This document shows positions 19,049 through 30,100 of a stretch of DNA of 57,991 bases, piece by piece. A model generated the notes under the pieces. It was given only the letters and a program-made list of their open reading frames with translations, searched no databases and was not told where the DNA came from. The stretch is from contig JBBSQY010000019.1 in the NCBI GenBank assembly GCA_038243585.1, positions 1 through 57,991 on the forward strand, read 5' to 3'. This stretch comes from Candidatus Sumerlaeales bacterium. Lineage in GTDB: Bacteria > Sumerlaeota > Sumerlaeia > Sumerlaeales > Sumerlaeaceae. Positions within the stretch are counted from its first letter, which is position 1, and every line of letters starts with the position of its first letter. Made by a program: the position numbers and the translations under genes.

Positions 19049-20794
19049 CTACAGGTGAATCTCAAGACGGTCCCAGCGCCGCATTCCCATAACCAGTGGG
19101 ATAACTATTACCGCGACGTGGAGAAGAAAATACGCGGTAATCCACGGCCACATCATTATTAATATTTCTGTCACGGCCCGATGCGAGTTATCCGTTATGT
19201 TCAATACACGTATCAGGGCGAAGGTGGGGGGAAGCGCAAGCCCCAGAATCGAGCCGATATAGGCAAGGCTAAGAATGATGTTTGCGGTACCGCCGACGCC
19301 ATTAGCGATTCTGGCGGGATTATCCTGTTTGAAATCGGGAAACATGGCGCCCAGACCTACGGCCAGACTGGTAAGGCCAAGACTCAGTAAAATAACTGTG
19401 CTCATGGCAATCCACCCCAAAGCGGTTCCGACGTTCAGCTTGCTGTTGGAAAACGCAATCAGGACAACGGCCAGCGTCAATGTGACCGCCATACAGATTC
19501 CATACTTTTCCCAAATTAAGTGTCGTTTGGGAAAGGGCGCCAGGCCTACGACCCAGTATTGCCTTCCCTCGAGGCTCAGCATTGGATAAATAAATCGGGT
19601 CGTTAAAATACAGATGACGAAGCAGGTGGCCCCGAGATTGAAAAATGACAATATCACAGGCCAGTTCTGGAAGAAGTCTTCCAGCGCCGCGAGGCGCCCG
19701 GTAAGGCCGCGAATGTTAGCCACATAAATAACGAGCAATCCAAAAAGAATGACAAGCTGCGACCACTGTGCAGGGTCGCGCCAGAACGCTCGCATATCTT
19801 TTGAAATTAACGCTCTCGTGGGCGCAGGGAAAATATGCAATAGCTTGTCGAACAGCGGAAATGGCGACCACCGGTTGGCCGTGCTTCGCGACGAACTTGC
19901 GGCCTCACGGGCCAACACCCATCCGCGAAAATAAATAGCGGGAGCAAGCCACATGCATATCTGCAATATGGTCGCCGCAGTGATAAAAAGACACCACCCC
20001 CACCACAGGCACACACCCGCATCGCCTTCGCTTGCCGCCTTAAGTCCCCGCGCCAGCCAGTAGTTGGGAAGCAACGGCACGCTGCCCACGTTGAGCAGGT
20101 TCATTATCTGCGCGAAGTCATCAGTCTCAGCCTGGGAAACCAGTGAGCGAAGACCCATAAAGCGCACCAGGCCGATGGTCACAATGATGGCCAGTATGAC
20201 CAGACCGACGGAGTAACTTCGCGCCCGCTTCGCCGGCAGCCAGGCGCTGATCACCATAGTCACAATGGCGCCGATGGATGCGGGAATGATCAAAAAAGGT
20301 ATTCCGAGAAGAAAAGCGACGGGATAGAACCACCATTGACTGTCTTTCGAAAATCCGTAGGCGGTAAAAAGCGGCAGGCTGAGAACCACAAACGCCCAGG
20401 AGCTGTAAAAGATGGATTCTGCAAGCTTGACCCCGAAAACCGAGCGCGCGGAAATCGGATAGCTGAAAAGAAACTCAGTGTCGCGGCTGATATAGGTAGT
20501 GGTCAGGGTAATGATAAGATTCGAAAAGATGAGCATGGAAAAAAAGGCCAGGAGCACAATGGCCAGAAGGCGTTCCATCAATGGTCCGCCGAAAGGCTCC
20601 TGTGCGATAAGAAAACGGAACATTGCATGAAACAAAGCTCCACCACCGACCAGCAGAGAACCCAGCACAATAAAACCGACAGCGACATGGATCCAGAGAT
20701 AACTGCGAATGGCGCGGACGGTATTTGACAGCATACCCCACCGTGCTCTCAGGATAATCGGGAGTGGAGCAGCCGTTGGGGAGTCCCTCAGCAC
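19049..20794 (-). CDS. Putative ABC-2 type exporter permease
   Basis: About 12-14 TM helices; LISKDMRAFWRDPAQWSQL, SLEGRQYW, GAMFPDF motifs typical of this family. Confidence 0.75.
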   Translation of the reverse strand: MLRDSPTAAPLPIILRARWGMLSNTVRAIRSYLWIHVAVGFIVLGSLLVGGGALFHAMFRFLIAQEPFGGPLMERLLAIVLLAFFSMLIFSNLIITLTTTYISRDTEFLFSYPISARSVFGVKLAESIFYSSWAFVVLSLPLFTAYGFSKDSQWWFYPVAFLLGIPFLIIPASIGAIVTMVISAWLPAKRARSYSVGLVILAIIVTIGLVRFMGLRSLVSQAETDDFAQIMNLLNVGSVPLLPNYWLARGLKAASEGDAGVCLWWGWCLFITAATILQICMWLAPAIYFRGWVLAREAASSSRSTANRWSPFPLFDKLLHIFPAPTRALISKDMRAFWRDPAQWSQLVILFGLLVIYVANIRGLTGRLAALEDFFQNWPVILSFFNLGATCFVICILTTRFIYPMLSLEGRQYWVVGLAPFPKRHLIWEKYGICMAVTLTLAVVLIAFSNSKLNVGTALGWIAMSTVILLSLGLTSLAVGLGAMFPDFKQDNPARIANGVGGTANIILSLAYIGSILGLALPPTFALIRVLNITDNSHRAVTEILIMMWPWITAYFLLHVAVIVIPLVMGMRRWDRLEIHL

Positions 20795-20875
20795 AATGAG
20801 AAAGCCGATTTCCGGAAGTTTCGCTCAGAAGTTACATGACAGCGCATGGAGCAGTCGCAACCCTCCGACGCCCCC

Positions 20876-22555
20876 TCAGCCTTCAGGCTGCTCGCCAGGA
20901 GCAAGGCGCTTATACAGACGAAGCTCAGTACCCTCAGCCTCGCTGAGTTTCTTCCAGTCCTCCACCTCGGTAAAGCGGTTATCTGCAGGCTTGTTTAGCC
21001 ATTCCCTCAGAGGCGAGCGCTCTTCAGTTTTGCCCAGATTTTTGCGATCCTCATGGTAAATGACAAAGACGCGGTCATAGCCTGCCGTCAGCTCGGCCAT
21101 TTCCTTCTGTCGCGCGTTAAAATCTTTTAAGGTTTTAAAACCGGGCATAGGATACGACGGCACATCGCCTTTATAAATTGCGACTGATTTGGCCAGGCTG
21201 TCAGCTTCGGTATATATTAATAGATCTTCCTTCGGGTTAAACTGTTGAGTTTGTACTATCGCAAACGCGCTTTTAACACCGTTTCCTGTATCCTTCAGCA
21301 CGCGCACATCGTAATAGGCCATCACCAGCAACAACAAAAGCCCCAGGGCGAGAGCGCCCTCTTTAGGCGCGGCGTCAATGCCCATGGCCATAAGAACCGC
21401 CAGGGCCGGCAAAATAAGCAGTAACACGTCCGGAGTAAGGCGGAAGCCTTGGACAAACGATCCCAGAAACAGCAGTCCAAATAGCGGCAACAGAAACGCG
21501 AACCACTGAAACAACAGAAAAGCCCGCAAACTTAGGCGCTCCCACGTGCCGACAACATCCTGAGTCTCGTCTATCCAGACAACATTTTCCGGCATTGCCA
21601 TGGCCTCGGCCGTGCGTTTGCGATAGTACTGAACGCTCAGCACGATGCACAAAAACACAAACAGGTACATCACGCTGCGCACGAAATCATTGGGGCTCTG
21701 GGCGTCATAACGAGGGAAATTACCCAAAGCAATGCTCACAAGACCTCGCGCCAGGTCGGAGGACGACGGCCTCTGCACAAGAAGTCGATCGGGAAAAACT
21801 TTGTCCGCGTAGATTCCGGACGCAAATGCTACCCCCGCAAGAGCAAGGACACCGAAAATGCTGACAATATAAAAGGCTTTCGGGGTGCGCCGGCCCCGCA
21901 AAAGGGCAAAGAGAAAATGCGCCGGCAGTATGAACAGAAACAACGGGTGAGTAAGAATTCCAGCCAGAACCGACGCCCCGTAGACAGACCAGTTTACTGG
22001 CCCGCCTTTATCAAGGGACCTAATGGCGAAATAGTGCGCCAGCGTAATCCACAGCGTCAGCAGCGCATAGGGCGACGCATCAATAGAAGTGGCCACTAAT
22101 ATAGGATTCATTGCAAATATCAGCAGACAAATGGCCAGCGCGGTGCCTCGCAGATACTTTCGGGAAAACAGGAAAAAAACAACGCAAGCGCTAAGGCCGA
22201 AAATGGCAGACGGAACACGGAGCATTGCCTCGCTGACAGAACCGAACATCCCCGCCCATGCCTGGATGAACAGGTGGTAAATAGACGTAGCACCATCCAG
22301 TGCCCTGCCAAGAAAAATATCAGGACCGCCACCGGACAGGAGGTTGAGTGTAAGAAACTCATTACCAAAGAACTCCCGATGCCCGATGCGTATAAACCTG
22401 AGAACCACTGCGATCAGCAGGCTCAAAGACACAAGTATCAGCCACTGGCGCCGATTCTTTTTCGAAGAGTCGCCTACAATTGAAAAATCTGAACTGTCGT
22501 TTAAGGCATTTCCAGCAGACAACGCCTGCTCCTGTAACGCATATTTATTGCTCAC
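20876..22555 (-). CDS. GT-C (GT39/PMT_2-like) membrane glycosyltransferase
   Basis: LRFIRIGHREFFGNE loop, SEAMLRVPSAIFG, multi-TM core, soluble C-terminal domain. Confidence 0.7.
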   Translation of the reverse strand: MSNKYALQEQALSAGNALNDSSDFSIVGDSSKKNRRQWLILVSLSLLIAVVLRFIRIGHREFFGNEFLTLNLLSGGGPDIFLGRALDGATSIYHLFIQAWAGMFGSVSEAMLRVPSAIFGLSACVVFFLFSRKYLRGTALAICLLIFAMNPILVATSIDASPYALLTLWITLAHYFAIRSLDKGGPVNWSVYGASVLAGILTHPLFLFILPAHFLFALLRGRRTPKAFYIVSIFGVLALAGVAFASGIYADKVFPDRLLVQRPSSSDLARGLVSIALGNFPRYDAQSPNDFVRSVMYLFVFLCIVLSVQYYRKRTAEAMAMPENVVWIDETQDVVGTWERLSLRAFLLFQWFAFLLPLFGLLFLGSFVQGFRLTPDVLLLILPALAVLMAMGIDAAPKEGALALGLLLLLVMAYYDVRVLKDTGNGVKSAFAIVQTQQFNPKEDLLIYTEADSLAKSVAIYKGDVPSYPMPGFKTLKDFNARQKEMAELTAGYDRVFVIYHEDRKNLGKTEERSPLREWLNKPADNRFTEVEDWKKLSEAEGTELRLYKRLAPGEQPEG

Positions 22556-22618
22556 AGCCGCTCTTCAGGCTTTCACAATCCGAGGCTGCCTGTGACGAAG
22601 GTGAAATTCAGTCAGCGT

Positions 22619-22900
22619 CTACAGAAATTCTATTTCCTGCATCGCAACTTCGAATTCCTCCCCTTTCTCCAACTCCTTCTCAAGCTTGTGGAACAGGGAT
22701 TCGACCATTGGCTTTTCCGCATAAACCGTAACCACAGACAACTCCGCCGTCTGCCACACATCCTGAAAGGCCGTTTCCGCCACCGCGCAATTGTTGTTCG
22801 TACGCAGGTGGTGAACCAGGCGTTTTATAATACTTCGCTTCTCTTTGAGAGAATGGGTATGGCGCAAAAGCAGGCGCACCCGTAACAGTCCGATGACCAT
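22619..22900 (-). CDS. DUF503 (YlxP-like) protein
   Basis: MVIGLL...HSLKEKRSII...NCAVAE...QDVWQ signature; ATG 22900. Confidence 0.88.
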   Translation of the reverse strand: MVIGLLRVRLLLRHTHSLKEKRSIIKRLVHHLRTNNNCAVAETAFQDVWQTAELSVVTVYAEKPMVESLFHKLEKELEKGEEFEVAMQEIEFL

Positions 22901-23052
22901 GGAATGATGGAATACCAGCGACGGGCACGGAATCAATCAAATTTTGCGGAGTAATCCAGTGGGTAATCTGCCCTTGGTTCGATCCGGCAAGCGAGATCGG
23001 TCCACAACATCGCGGCAGGGCAGAGAAGAAGCAAGATACAGAGGAGTTTTTA

Positions 23053-23373
23053 ATGCAGATCAGGATTCCGGGTCGTCGCCGCGGCACCGTGTTAGCATTT
23101 ACGCTGATGGCACTTATTGCCATATTGGCACTAACCGTGGTATTCTACAGTCGCGCCGGCCGGAGCAAACCGGAGGAGACTGTTGTGAAGAGTCAAACTG
23201 CACCGAACCCCGTTCCATCTGAATTAGATGTTACCACCGGCTCAATAGCTGCGACTGACCCGGCTGATGAGTCGGAGACGCCGCCCCCTGCTTCGACGCC
23301 GATGCCGATGCCTCCTCCCCCACCGCCGCCGATCGCAACTCCCGACGACAGAAACCTGCCACCTGAGGGCTGA
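23053..23373 (+). CDS. Small membrane-anchored Pro-rich hypothetical protein
   Basis: GAGGAG SD; RRRG then a TM helix; poly-Pro tail. Confidence 0.6.
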   Translation: MQIRIPGRRRGTVLAFTLMALIAILALTVVFYSRAGRSKPEETVVKSQTAPNPVPSELDVTTGSIAATDPADESETPPPASTPMPMPPPPPPPIATPDDRNLPPEG

Positions 23374-23468
23374 GAACAGATATTTCTCTAAACCGGCACG
23401 TTTTATGGTACGCCCGAGACTCACGCCCAAGTTGAACATTTTTCGTACAGCCCCGAAGGGGGATTTCA

Positions 23469-24311
23469 TTGATTTCAAAACTGACACAACAGTCGCATAA
23501 TCCACCTGGCAATTCATCGAAAAAGCTTCGGCCCGATTACAGCTACGCTGCAATTATTGCCGCATTTCTCTGTGTGGCAGGGCTGCTTTTTGTCGCATTG
23601 ACGGTGCTCTGGCTCGGCCAGACCAGTCAAAGGGTGTCTCAGCAAGGCGCCGAGGCGCTGACCATTCGCGCCGTGCTTAGGGCTGATACTGATGATGTTA
23701 CTGCGGAACTGCTGGCCGTTGAAATCCGCGGGCATGTGCCCGAGGTTACTATAGAAGTAATCAACGAAGCGATGGGGCGTTCTCTTCTTGCCCTTCAGGA
23801 ACCATGGATTGCTGAGATGCCAGATTTTGAAGTGACTCCGCTTCCCATTCTTTTAGAGATTCAGCACCCGAAACTTCTTACAAACCCTGAGGAAGTTGCC
23901 AGGTTTGTGGAAGACCTTGAAAAAAACCCGGCCGTTGATTTTGTTGCATATAATGAAACCGCTCATAACCGGCTTTCGAAATACGCAAGCGCCTCCAGGC
24001 AGATAGAAAAACACGCAGTGCGCTGGATGCTGGCCGCCATCGCGCTTGTGGCGCTCGCGGCGCTATTCGCGTGCAGCCGTCTGGCGGGTAAGCTGTCGTT
24101 TATGGGCGAGGTCATAAGCGCTGTTACAGTGTGGATTACCGCGTGGGGAGCAGCATGGTTTACGTATCGGCAATGGGAGTCCACTGCCATAACCTCCGGA
24201 GACTGGCAGCGGATTGATCTAAAGACGCACATCATCGTCGGCACGTTTGCGCTATTACTAATTATGGCAGCCAGAGTGCTCAATATGGCTGTTTTCCGGC
24301 GCAGGCGATGA
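23469..24311 (+). CDS. FtsX-like permease
   Basis: TM1, extracellular domain with a PLPILLEI motif, three further TMs; directly upstream of an EnvC-like gene. Confidence 0.6.
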   Translation: MISKLTQQSHNPPGNSSKKLRPDYSYAAIIAAFLCVAGLLFVALTVLWLGQTSQRVSQQGAEALTIRAVLRADTDDVTAELLAVEIRGHVPEVTIEVINEAMGRSLLALQEPWIAEMPDFEVTPLPILLEIQHPKLLTNPEEVARFVEDLEKNPAVDFVAYNETAHNRLSKYASASRQIEKHAVRWMLAAIALVALAALFACSRLAGKLSFMGEVISAVTVWITAWGAAWFTYRQWESTAITSGDWQRIDLKTHIIVGTFALLLIMAARVLNMAVFRRRR

Positions 24312-25600
24312 AACGACTGGCTTTGCAAGGCCTCTGCTGCATTTTTTGTGTGTCAGTAATGCAGGCCCGCACGAGCGACACAAATTTTTATGTGCCCAAG
24401 GCAAAGAAAGAAACCCCCGCTGCCGCAGCGAAACCGCCAAAGGTACCTGCGAACATTGAGAAGCAGGAAAGTCCGGAAGCGAAGCCTGAGCCTGCTCCCG
24501 CCGCAGATACAATAAGCCTTCGAGTCCGGAACATTACACCGGACCAGTCATTTGATCCTCCTCTTGACCCCTTTGGGCTTGCCCGCGCGTTCCGGAACCG
24601 CTGGGATTTTTCGACTTTTCTGATCTCAGCCGACGAGGAACTGAAGTTTCGCCTTGATGCGATGCGCAGCCGAACACTTCGACTTGCACGTGCGTTTTCC
24701 GCGCTTTCCACGGAGGCGGAATCGCGTCAGCGCAACCTGAACAGCGCGGCGCTGGGTGCTTATCTTCTCAGCCGCGACCAGCACTCATGGACGCCCATCG
24801 AAGGCAGAAGTCTTACGGAAGGCCAGATGCTGGCCGTTCGCGCGACCATGCAACAGGATATCAAAGCCATGCAGTCAGCCTTAACTGATTACGAGGCCCT
24901 GCGAAATTCCCTTAATGCTTCCGCAGAAGAAGTAGCGCTGATGGAAAAAGAGGGGTTATCTGCCATCACCCGCCCAGACCAGACTGCTCCTAACCGCCCA
25001 ACCTATCCCACTGCGGCACTGGCTAGATTAAGAACGGAATCTGTTCTGGAAGATCGACTGGTCTCTGTGGAAGCGTTGAAAGCTACCTTAGCCGCAGAAA
25101 CATTAAGCAAAACGGGCGACCGCCGCCAGAGCATTGCGTCATTTGCCCCACCGCCGCCATTTACGGCAGTCCAGCCTGACACTGTGGCAGCCACTGCTCA
25201 GCCGCCAACCGCACCACCGGCCATTGCGAAAGGGCAGCCCCTCGGCGAATCCATGAAGCAGCCCGAGAAGACGGCGCTGGTATTTCAAACAGAAGTCAAC
25301 GCCCCGGTCCATGCCGTGCAAAAGGGCGTGGTTGTGTATGCAGGTCCGTTTCGAGGTTATGGAGATATGATAATTATTGAGCATGATAAGGGTCTTTTTT
25401 CCGTTCACTCTTATCTTGCGGCCATACAGGTTCGACAACGGCAGTCTATAGATGCCGGCACAATTGTAGGCCGCGCCGGCTATCCGCCGGAAATAGGCCG
25501 AAGTGGTATGCATTTTCAAGTGCGAAAAGGAAAAGTCCCCATCAAACCAGAAGTGTGGCTAGGTGCGGGGCAGGTTCAGAAGTTACTGACACGAAGCTGA
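24308..25600 (+). CDS. EnvC-like coiled-coil + degenerate M23 (LytM) domain protein
   Basis: PVHAVQKGVVVYAGPFRGYGDMIIIEH, MHFQVR; HxxxD and HxH zinc ligands degenerate. Confidence 0.8.
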   Translation: MKRLALQGLCCIFCVSVMQARTSDTNFYVPKAKKETPAAAAKPPKVPANIEKQESPEAKPEPAPAADTISLRVRNITPDQSFDPPLDPFGLARAFRNRWDFSTFLISADEELKFRLDAMRSRTLRLARAFSALSTEAESRQRNLNSAALGAYLLSRDQHSWTPIEGRSLTEGQMLAVRATMQQDIKAMQSALTDYEALRNSLNASAEEVALMEKEGLSAITRPDQTAPNRPTYPTAALARLRTESVLEDRLVSVEALKATLAAETLSKTGDRRQSIASFAPPPPFTAVQPDTVAATAQPPTAPPAIAKGQPLGESMKQPEKTALVFQTEVNAPVHAVQKGVVVYAGPFRGYGDMIIIEHDKGLFSVHSYLAAIQVRQRQSIDAGTIVGRAGYPPEIGRSGMHFQVRKGKVPIKPEVWLGAGQVQKLLTRS

Positions 25601-25755
25601 CAGGTTATCAGTGAACCCATGGACACGATAAGACCCACTGACTACTTAAACCCGCAAATTCGCCGATTCCTTAACAGGTAAAATGTTTTACAGATGAAGG
25701 TTTAGGTTTCATCGAGAATGCGGATCGCGCCGGATTTATCAAACGTACTAGTCTT

Positions 25756-27132
25756 ATGTTGGGAGACACATTTTTGATGTTGGTCCTGCGAGTCGTATTT
25801 TTATTAAGCGCACTTTTGACGCTATCGTCTTGTCAGAAATCGGGTGAAACGCCCGTTGCCGGTACCGCAAAGGGCTCCGTTACCGGGGCTGCCAAACCAG
25901 CTGATGGGGACCGCAAAGCTTTTAGCGTCCGCACCGCTCCCGTCTCCACCCGCAGGGTTACTTATGAGCTGGAAGCCGTCGGCACTCTTATGGAAGAGAA
26001 TCGTTTCGAGATTCCCGCAAGACTCGCCGGTGTGGTTAATAAGGTTAGCTTCACAGAAGGCGACGCCGTAACAACGGGACAAGAGCTTTGCAGGATAGAT
26101 TACGATCGTAATCTGCTGCAGGTTCGTCAGGCAGAAAGTGTTTTGTTAGAGAAACAGGCTGCGCTTCAACGCGCAGTTGCGACCGTCTCTGACATGGAAC
26201 GTGAAACGAGTACCGCGTTGGAGAACGCCCGGACAACATTGGATCTGGCCCAGGGAGAATTTAAACGCCGGTCAGATCGCGGCGCAAATGCTTTCACCAG
26301 CCCCGAAGAACGCGACCAGTTCGAGGCGAAATATCGCCAGTCACAGACTGGATACCGAGACGCCATTAACGCTGCAGGAACCCAGGTGGCTCTGGCGACG
26401 GCACAGGCACGAGAAGCCGAGGCCGCCATGGAAACAGCTCGCGGAGAAGTTGCCCTTGAAAAAGATAACCTGGAACGAAGCATCGTAAAAGCGCCCATGT
26501 CCGGAGTCATACAGGAACGCGCGATAGTCGAAGGCCAGTTTGTTGACCAGGGAAAAATGATTGCGCTTATGGTGCAGGCAGATCCGCTGCGGCTGCGTTT
26601 TACCGTCCCGGAAAGCAGGGCTTCGCGTCTGTCTAAAAACATGCGCCTGAATTTTACGGTTCCGGCGTACGCAAATCGCACCTTCACCGGCACGGTATAT
26701 GACATCGGCGCCTTTGCCGACCTGGAGACCAGGGAGGTGATATGCTGGGCCCGGGTATCCAATAACGACGCTCAGCTCAAGCCGGGATTCTTTACTCATG
26801 TGGAGCTCCAGGTTGACAGCCGCGGCGAGGCCGTCGTGGTACCGCTTGCTTCAGTGTTGCCCACAGAACAGGGCATGACCGCCTATGTTATTGAAGATGG
26901 CATGGCGGTAAGGCGCGCCGTTGAAACCGGCCTGCATGTAACGGGAGATGCGGTCGAAGTGCTCAGCGGCTTGATTCCCGGCGAAATGCTGGTCGTAGAG
27001 GGTATGAACGCTCTTCAGGATGGCGTGCCGGTAAAAGTGATGCCGGCGACGTCAAGGGAAGTACAAATTCTAGACAAGGCAGTTTCGGCGACAAGGAACC
27101 AGGCCGGTAAAAAAACCGACGTGGGCGGCTGA
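25756..27132 (+). CDS. RND efflux periplasmic adaptor (membrane fusion protein)
   Basis: Lipobox-like LSSC, lipoyl halves (EGDAV...; KAPMSGVI), alpha-hairpin, LKPGFF. Confidence 0.92.
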   Translation: MLGDTFLMLVLRVVFLLSALLTLSSCQKSGETPVAGTAKGSVTGAAKPADGDRKAFSVRTAPVSTRRVTYELEAVGTLMEENRFEIPARLAGVVNKVSFTEGDAVTTGQELCRIDYDRNLLQVRQAESVLLEKQAALQRAVATVSDMERETSTALENARTTLDLAQGEFKRRSDRGANAFTSPEERDQFEAKYRQSQTGYRDAINAAGTQVALATAQAREAEAAMETARGEVALEKDNLERSIVKAPMSGVIQERAIVEGQFVDQGKMIALMVQADPLRLRFTVPESRASRLSKNMRLNFTVPAYANRTFTGTVYDIGAFADLETREVICWARVSNNDAQLKPGFFTHVELQVDSRGEAVVVPLASVLPTEQGMTAYVIEDGMAVRRAVETGLHVTGDAVEVLSGLIPGEMLVVEGMNALQDGVPVKVMPATSREVQILDKAVSATRNQAGKKTDVGG

Positions 27133-27136
27133 TATA

Positions 27137-30100
27137 ATGAGTCTGGCCTCCGCATCGATTAAGCATCCGGTGTTCGCTTGGATGCTCATGTTTGCCTTTA
27201 TCGTATTTGGCGGCATCGGCTTCAGCCGTCTGGGCGTCAGCCAGAATCCCGATGTGGATTTCCCCGTGGTGAACATCAACCTTACCATGGAAGGCGCCGC
27301 TCCCGAAGTTATGGAGCTGGACGTCGTCGACTTTATTGAAGATTCCATAATGGCCGTCGAAGGCGTCAAAGAAGTGTCGTCGGTCTCGCGGCAGGGCAGC
27401 GCAGAAGTGACTGTCGAGTTTACCCTTGAAACGGACGTCAACGAAGCGCTGCAGGATGTGCAGGCCCGGATCGGACAGGCAGGCCGCAATCTGCCACAAG
27501 ACCTTGATCCGCCCATCGTTACGAAAACCAATCCTGAAGATCGCCCGATCATGTACATCGCCCTGCAAGGAACTCGCAGCCCCCAGGAGCTTACGGAATA
27601 CGCAAAGAATGTGCTGCGCGACAAATTCCTGACAGTTGCAGGCATTGGCGAGGTTCGCCTCGGCGGATTTCTTGAACGCAATGTGCGCATTTGGCTGGAC
27701 GCAGGGAAGTTACGCCAGAAAAATTTGACTGTGCAGGAAGTAACCGAGGCAATTTCCAAACAGCACGTGGAGCTGCCAGCCGGTCGGATTGATGCAGAAA
27801 ACCGGATAGCCAACGTGCGGGTAGAGGGCGAGGCCCTTAACCTGAAACAGGTGGCCAATCTTCAGATTGCCGAAAACGGCAAAACGCCGGTTTATTTAAA
27901 AGACGTTGCCCTGATTGAGGACGGATTTGAAGACCGTACTCGCATCGCTCGTGCTGACGGTCTTCCAGCTCAAAGTCTGGGTATCATAAAACAGCGGGGA
28001 TTCAGCGCCGTTGAGGTCGCCGACGCCGTGCGTGTGCGGGTGGCGGAAATCCAAAAGGATATGCCCGCCGGAATGCAGATTTCCGTGCGGTCAGATAACA
28101 CCCGATTCATCAAGCAGGCAATTCATGATATTGAATTTGATATTATCCTGGCCGTGATCCTGACAGCGCTTATCTGCTGGCTTTTCCTTGGCTCCCTCTC
28201 ATCAACGTTTAATGTCGTCCTGGCAATCCCGGTTTCCGTTTTCGGCACGTTCGCGTTCATGTATTTTGCGGGGTTTTCTCTAAACACCTTTTCGCTGCTG
28301 GCCCTGGCCCTTTGCATTGGCATCGTGGTGGATGACGCCATCATGGTACTGGAGAGCATTTACCGCCACGCCGAAGAGGGCGAAGATAAAGTGACAGCGG
28401 CGCGGCGCGGCACCGAGGAGGTTACCTCAGCCGCCTTGGCTGCCACCCTCGCAATCATCGCGATTTTTTTGCCGGTTGCCTTCATGCAGGGTATTATCGG
28501 AAAGTTCTTTTTTGAATTTGGCGTGGTGTTGTCCGTCGCTGTCGCAATTAGCCTGCTTGAAGCCCTCACCATAGCCCCTGCTCGTTGCTCGCAGTTCCTT
28601 AAGGTGGGGCATCGTGGGAATTGGCTGGAGCGCTTTGTGGGACGAACTTTTGATTCTCTGGCCCGCGCCTACAAATTCGCCCTCCGCCACGCCCTCGCCC
28701 ATCGGTGGACGGTACTAATTTCAAGCGTGGTGTTTTTCGCGGTCACGGTCCTTGTTCCATTTCAGGATGTGAACGCGGCGTTTGCAAAAATACCGGGTCT
28801 CAACCAAGTGAAATTTCCTGACGCCGTGAAATCAGAAATGATGCCTAGTGTGGACACAAGCAACTTTATGATTCGCTTTACCGCGCCGGTAGGCAGCAGC
28901 ATCGAATATACGGATGGCGTAATGACGAAGCTGGAAAGCATCCTCGCCGCCGAACCCGCTGTGGAAGGTCAACTGGCGATAGCGGGAACCGGCGAGATGA
29001 ACTCCGGAATAATGTTCGTGTCTCTTGTGGATCCGAGTAAGCGTCCGGGTCAACAGGAAGTGATGAAACAACTTCGTGGTAAATTAAACGTCATTCCCGG
29101 GACAAGAGTCGTCCTTCAGGATCTAAGCCAGACCGCTTTCAGCGCCTCGCGAGGATATCCCATCGAATTCACCCTGAGGGGGCCGGATTGGGAAGGGCTT
29201 GCCGCACAAGCAGACAAAATAATGGCCATCATGCGCGAAAGCGGGACCGCCGTTGACATTGACAGCGATTACCGGGTGGGCCTGCCAGAGGTGAGCGTAA
29301 CCCCTGATCGCGAGAAGGCAATGGCCCTGAATGTGGATGTACGTGCCATCGCCACATCTGTAAACGCCTTGGTGGGCGGACAGAGAGTCGGCAAATTTAA
29401 GGACAACGGCCGGCGTTATGACATCCGCGTTCGTCTATTGAAGAATGAGCGGACGCGTCCGGAAGACATCGGTAATCTCTACGTAAAAAACCGCGATGGC
29501 CAGCAAATCGCCTTGTCTGAGCTGGTGCAGGTCAAAGTGCAGCCGAGCCTGCAGAGTATTACACGGAAAAATCGTCAGCGCGCCATCAGCGTATACGCCA
29601 ACCCGGCCCCCGGCTTCACCCAGGCGGAAGGACTAGCCGTGGTGGAACAGGCAAAAGCCGACCTCCCGGATAACTACGAAGCTGTGCTGAGCGGCGGATC
29701 CCAGGTTTACCAGGAAGCCATTGACAGCCTGATCTTCGCGATGCTGCTCGGCCTGTTCGCCGCCTATATGGTGCTAGGGTCTCAATTCAACAGTTTCATT
29801 CATCCTATTACGGTTCTTATGGCGCTGCCCTTCAGCATAACCGGGGCCTTGTTTGCCCTTTGGATAACGGGAGGCACGATTAATATCTACTCCATGATAG
29901 GCATCATCCTGCTGTTCGGCATCGTAAAGAAAAACTCGATCCTTCTGGTGGACTACACAAACCAGATGAGGGAGCGAGGCATGAACGTACGCGAAGCTCT
30001 GATGCACGCATGCCCTGTCCGTCTGCGGCCTATCCTGATGACCACCTGCGCCATGGTTGCCGGAGCAATACCTGGTGCGCTGGCGACCGGCCCTGGAAGC

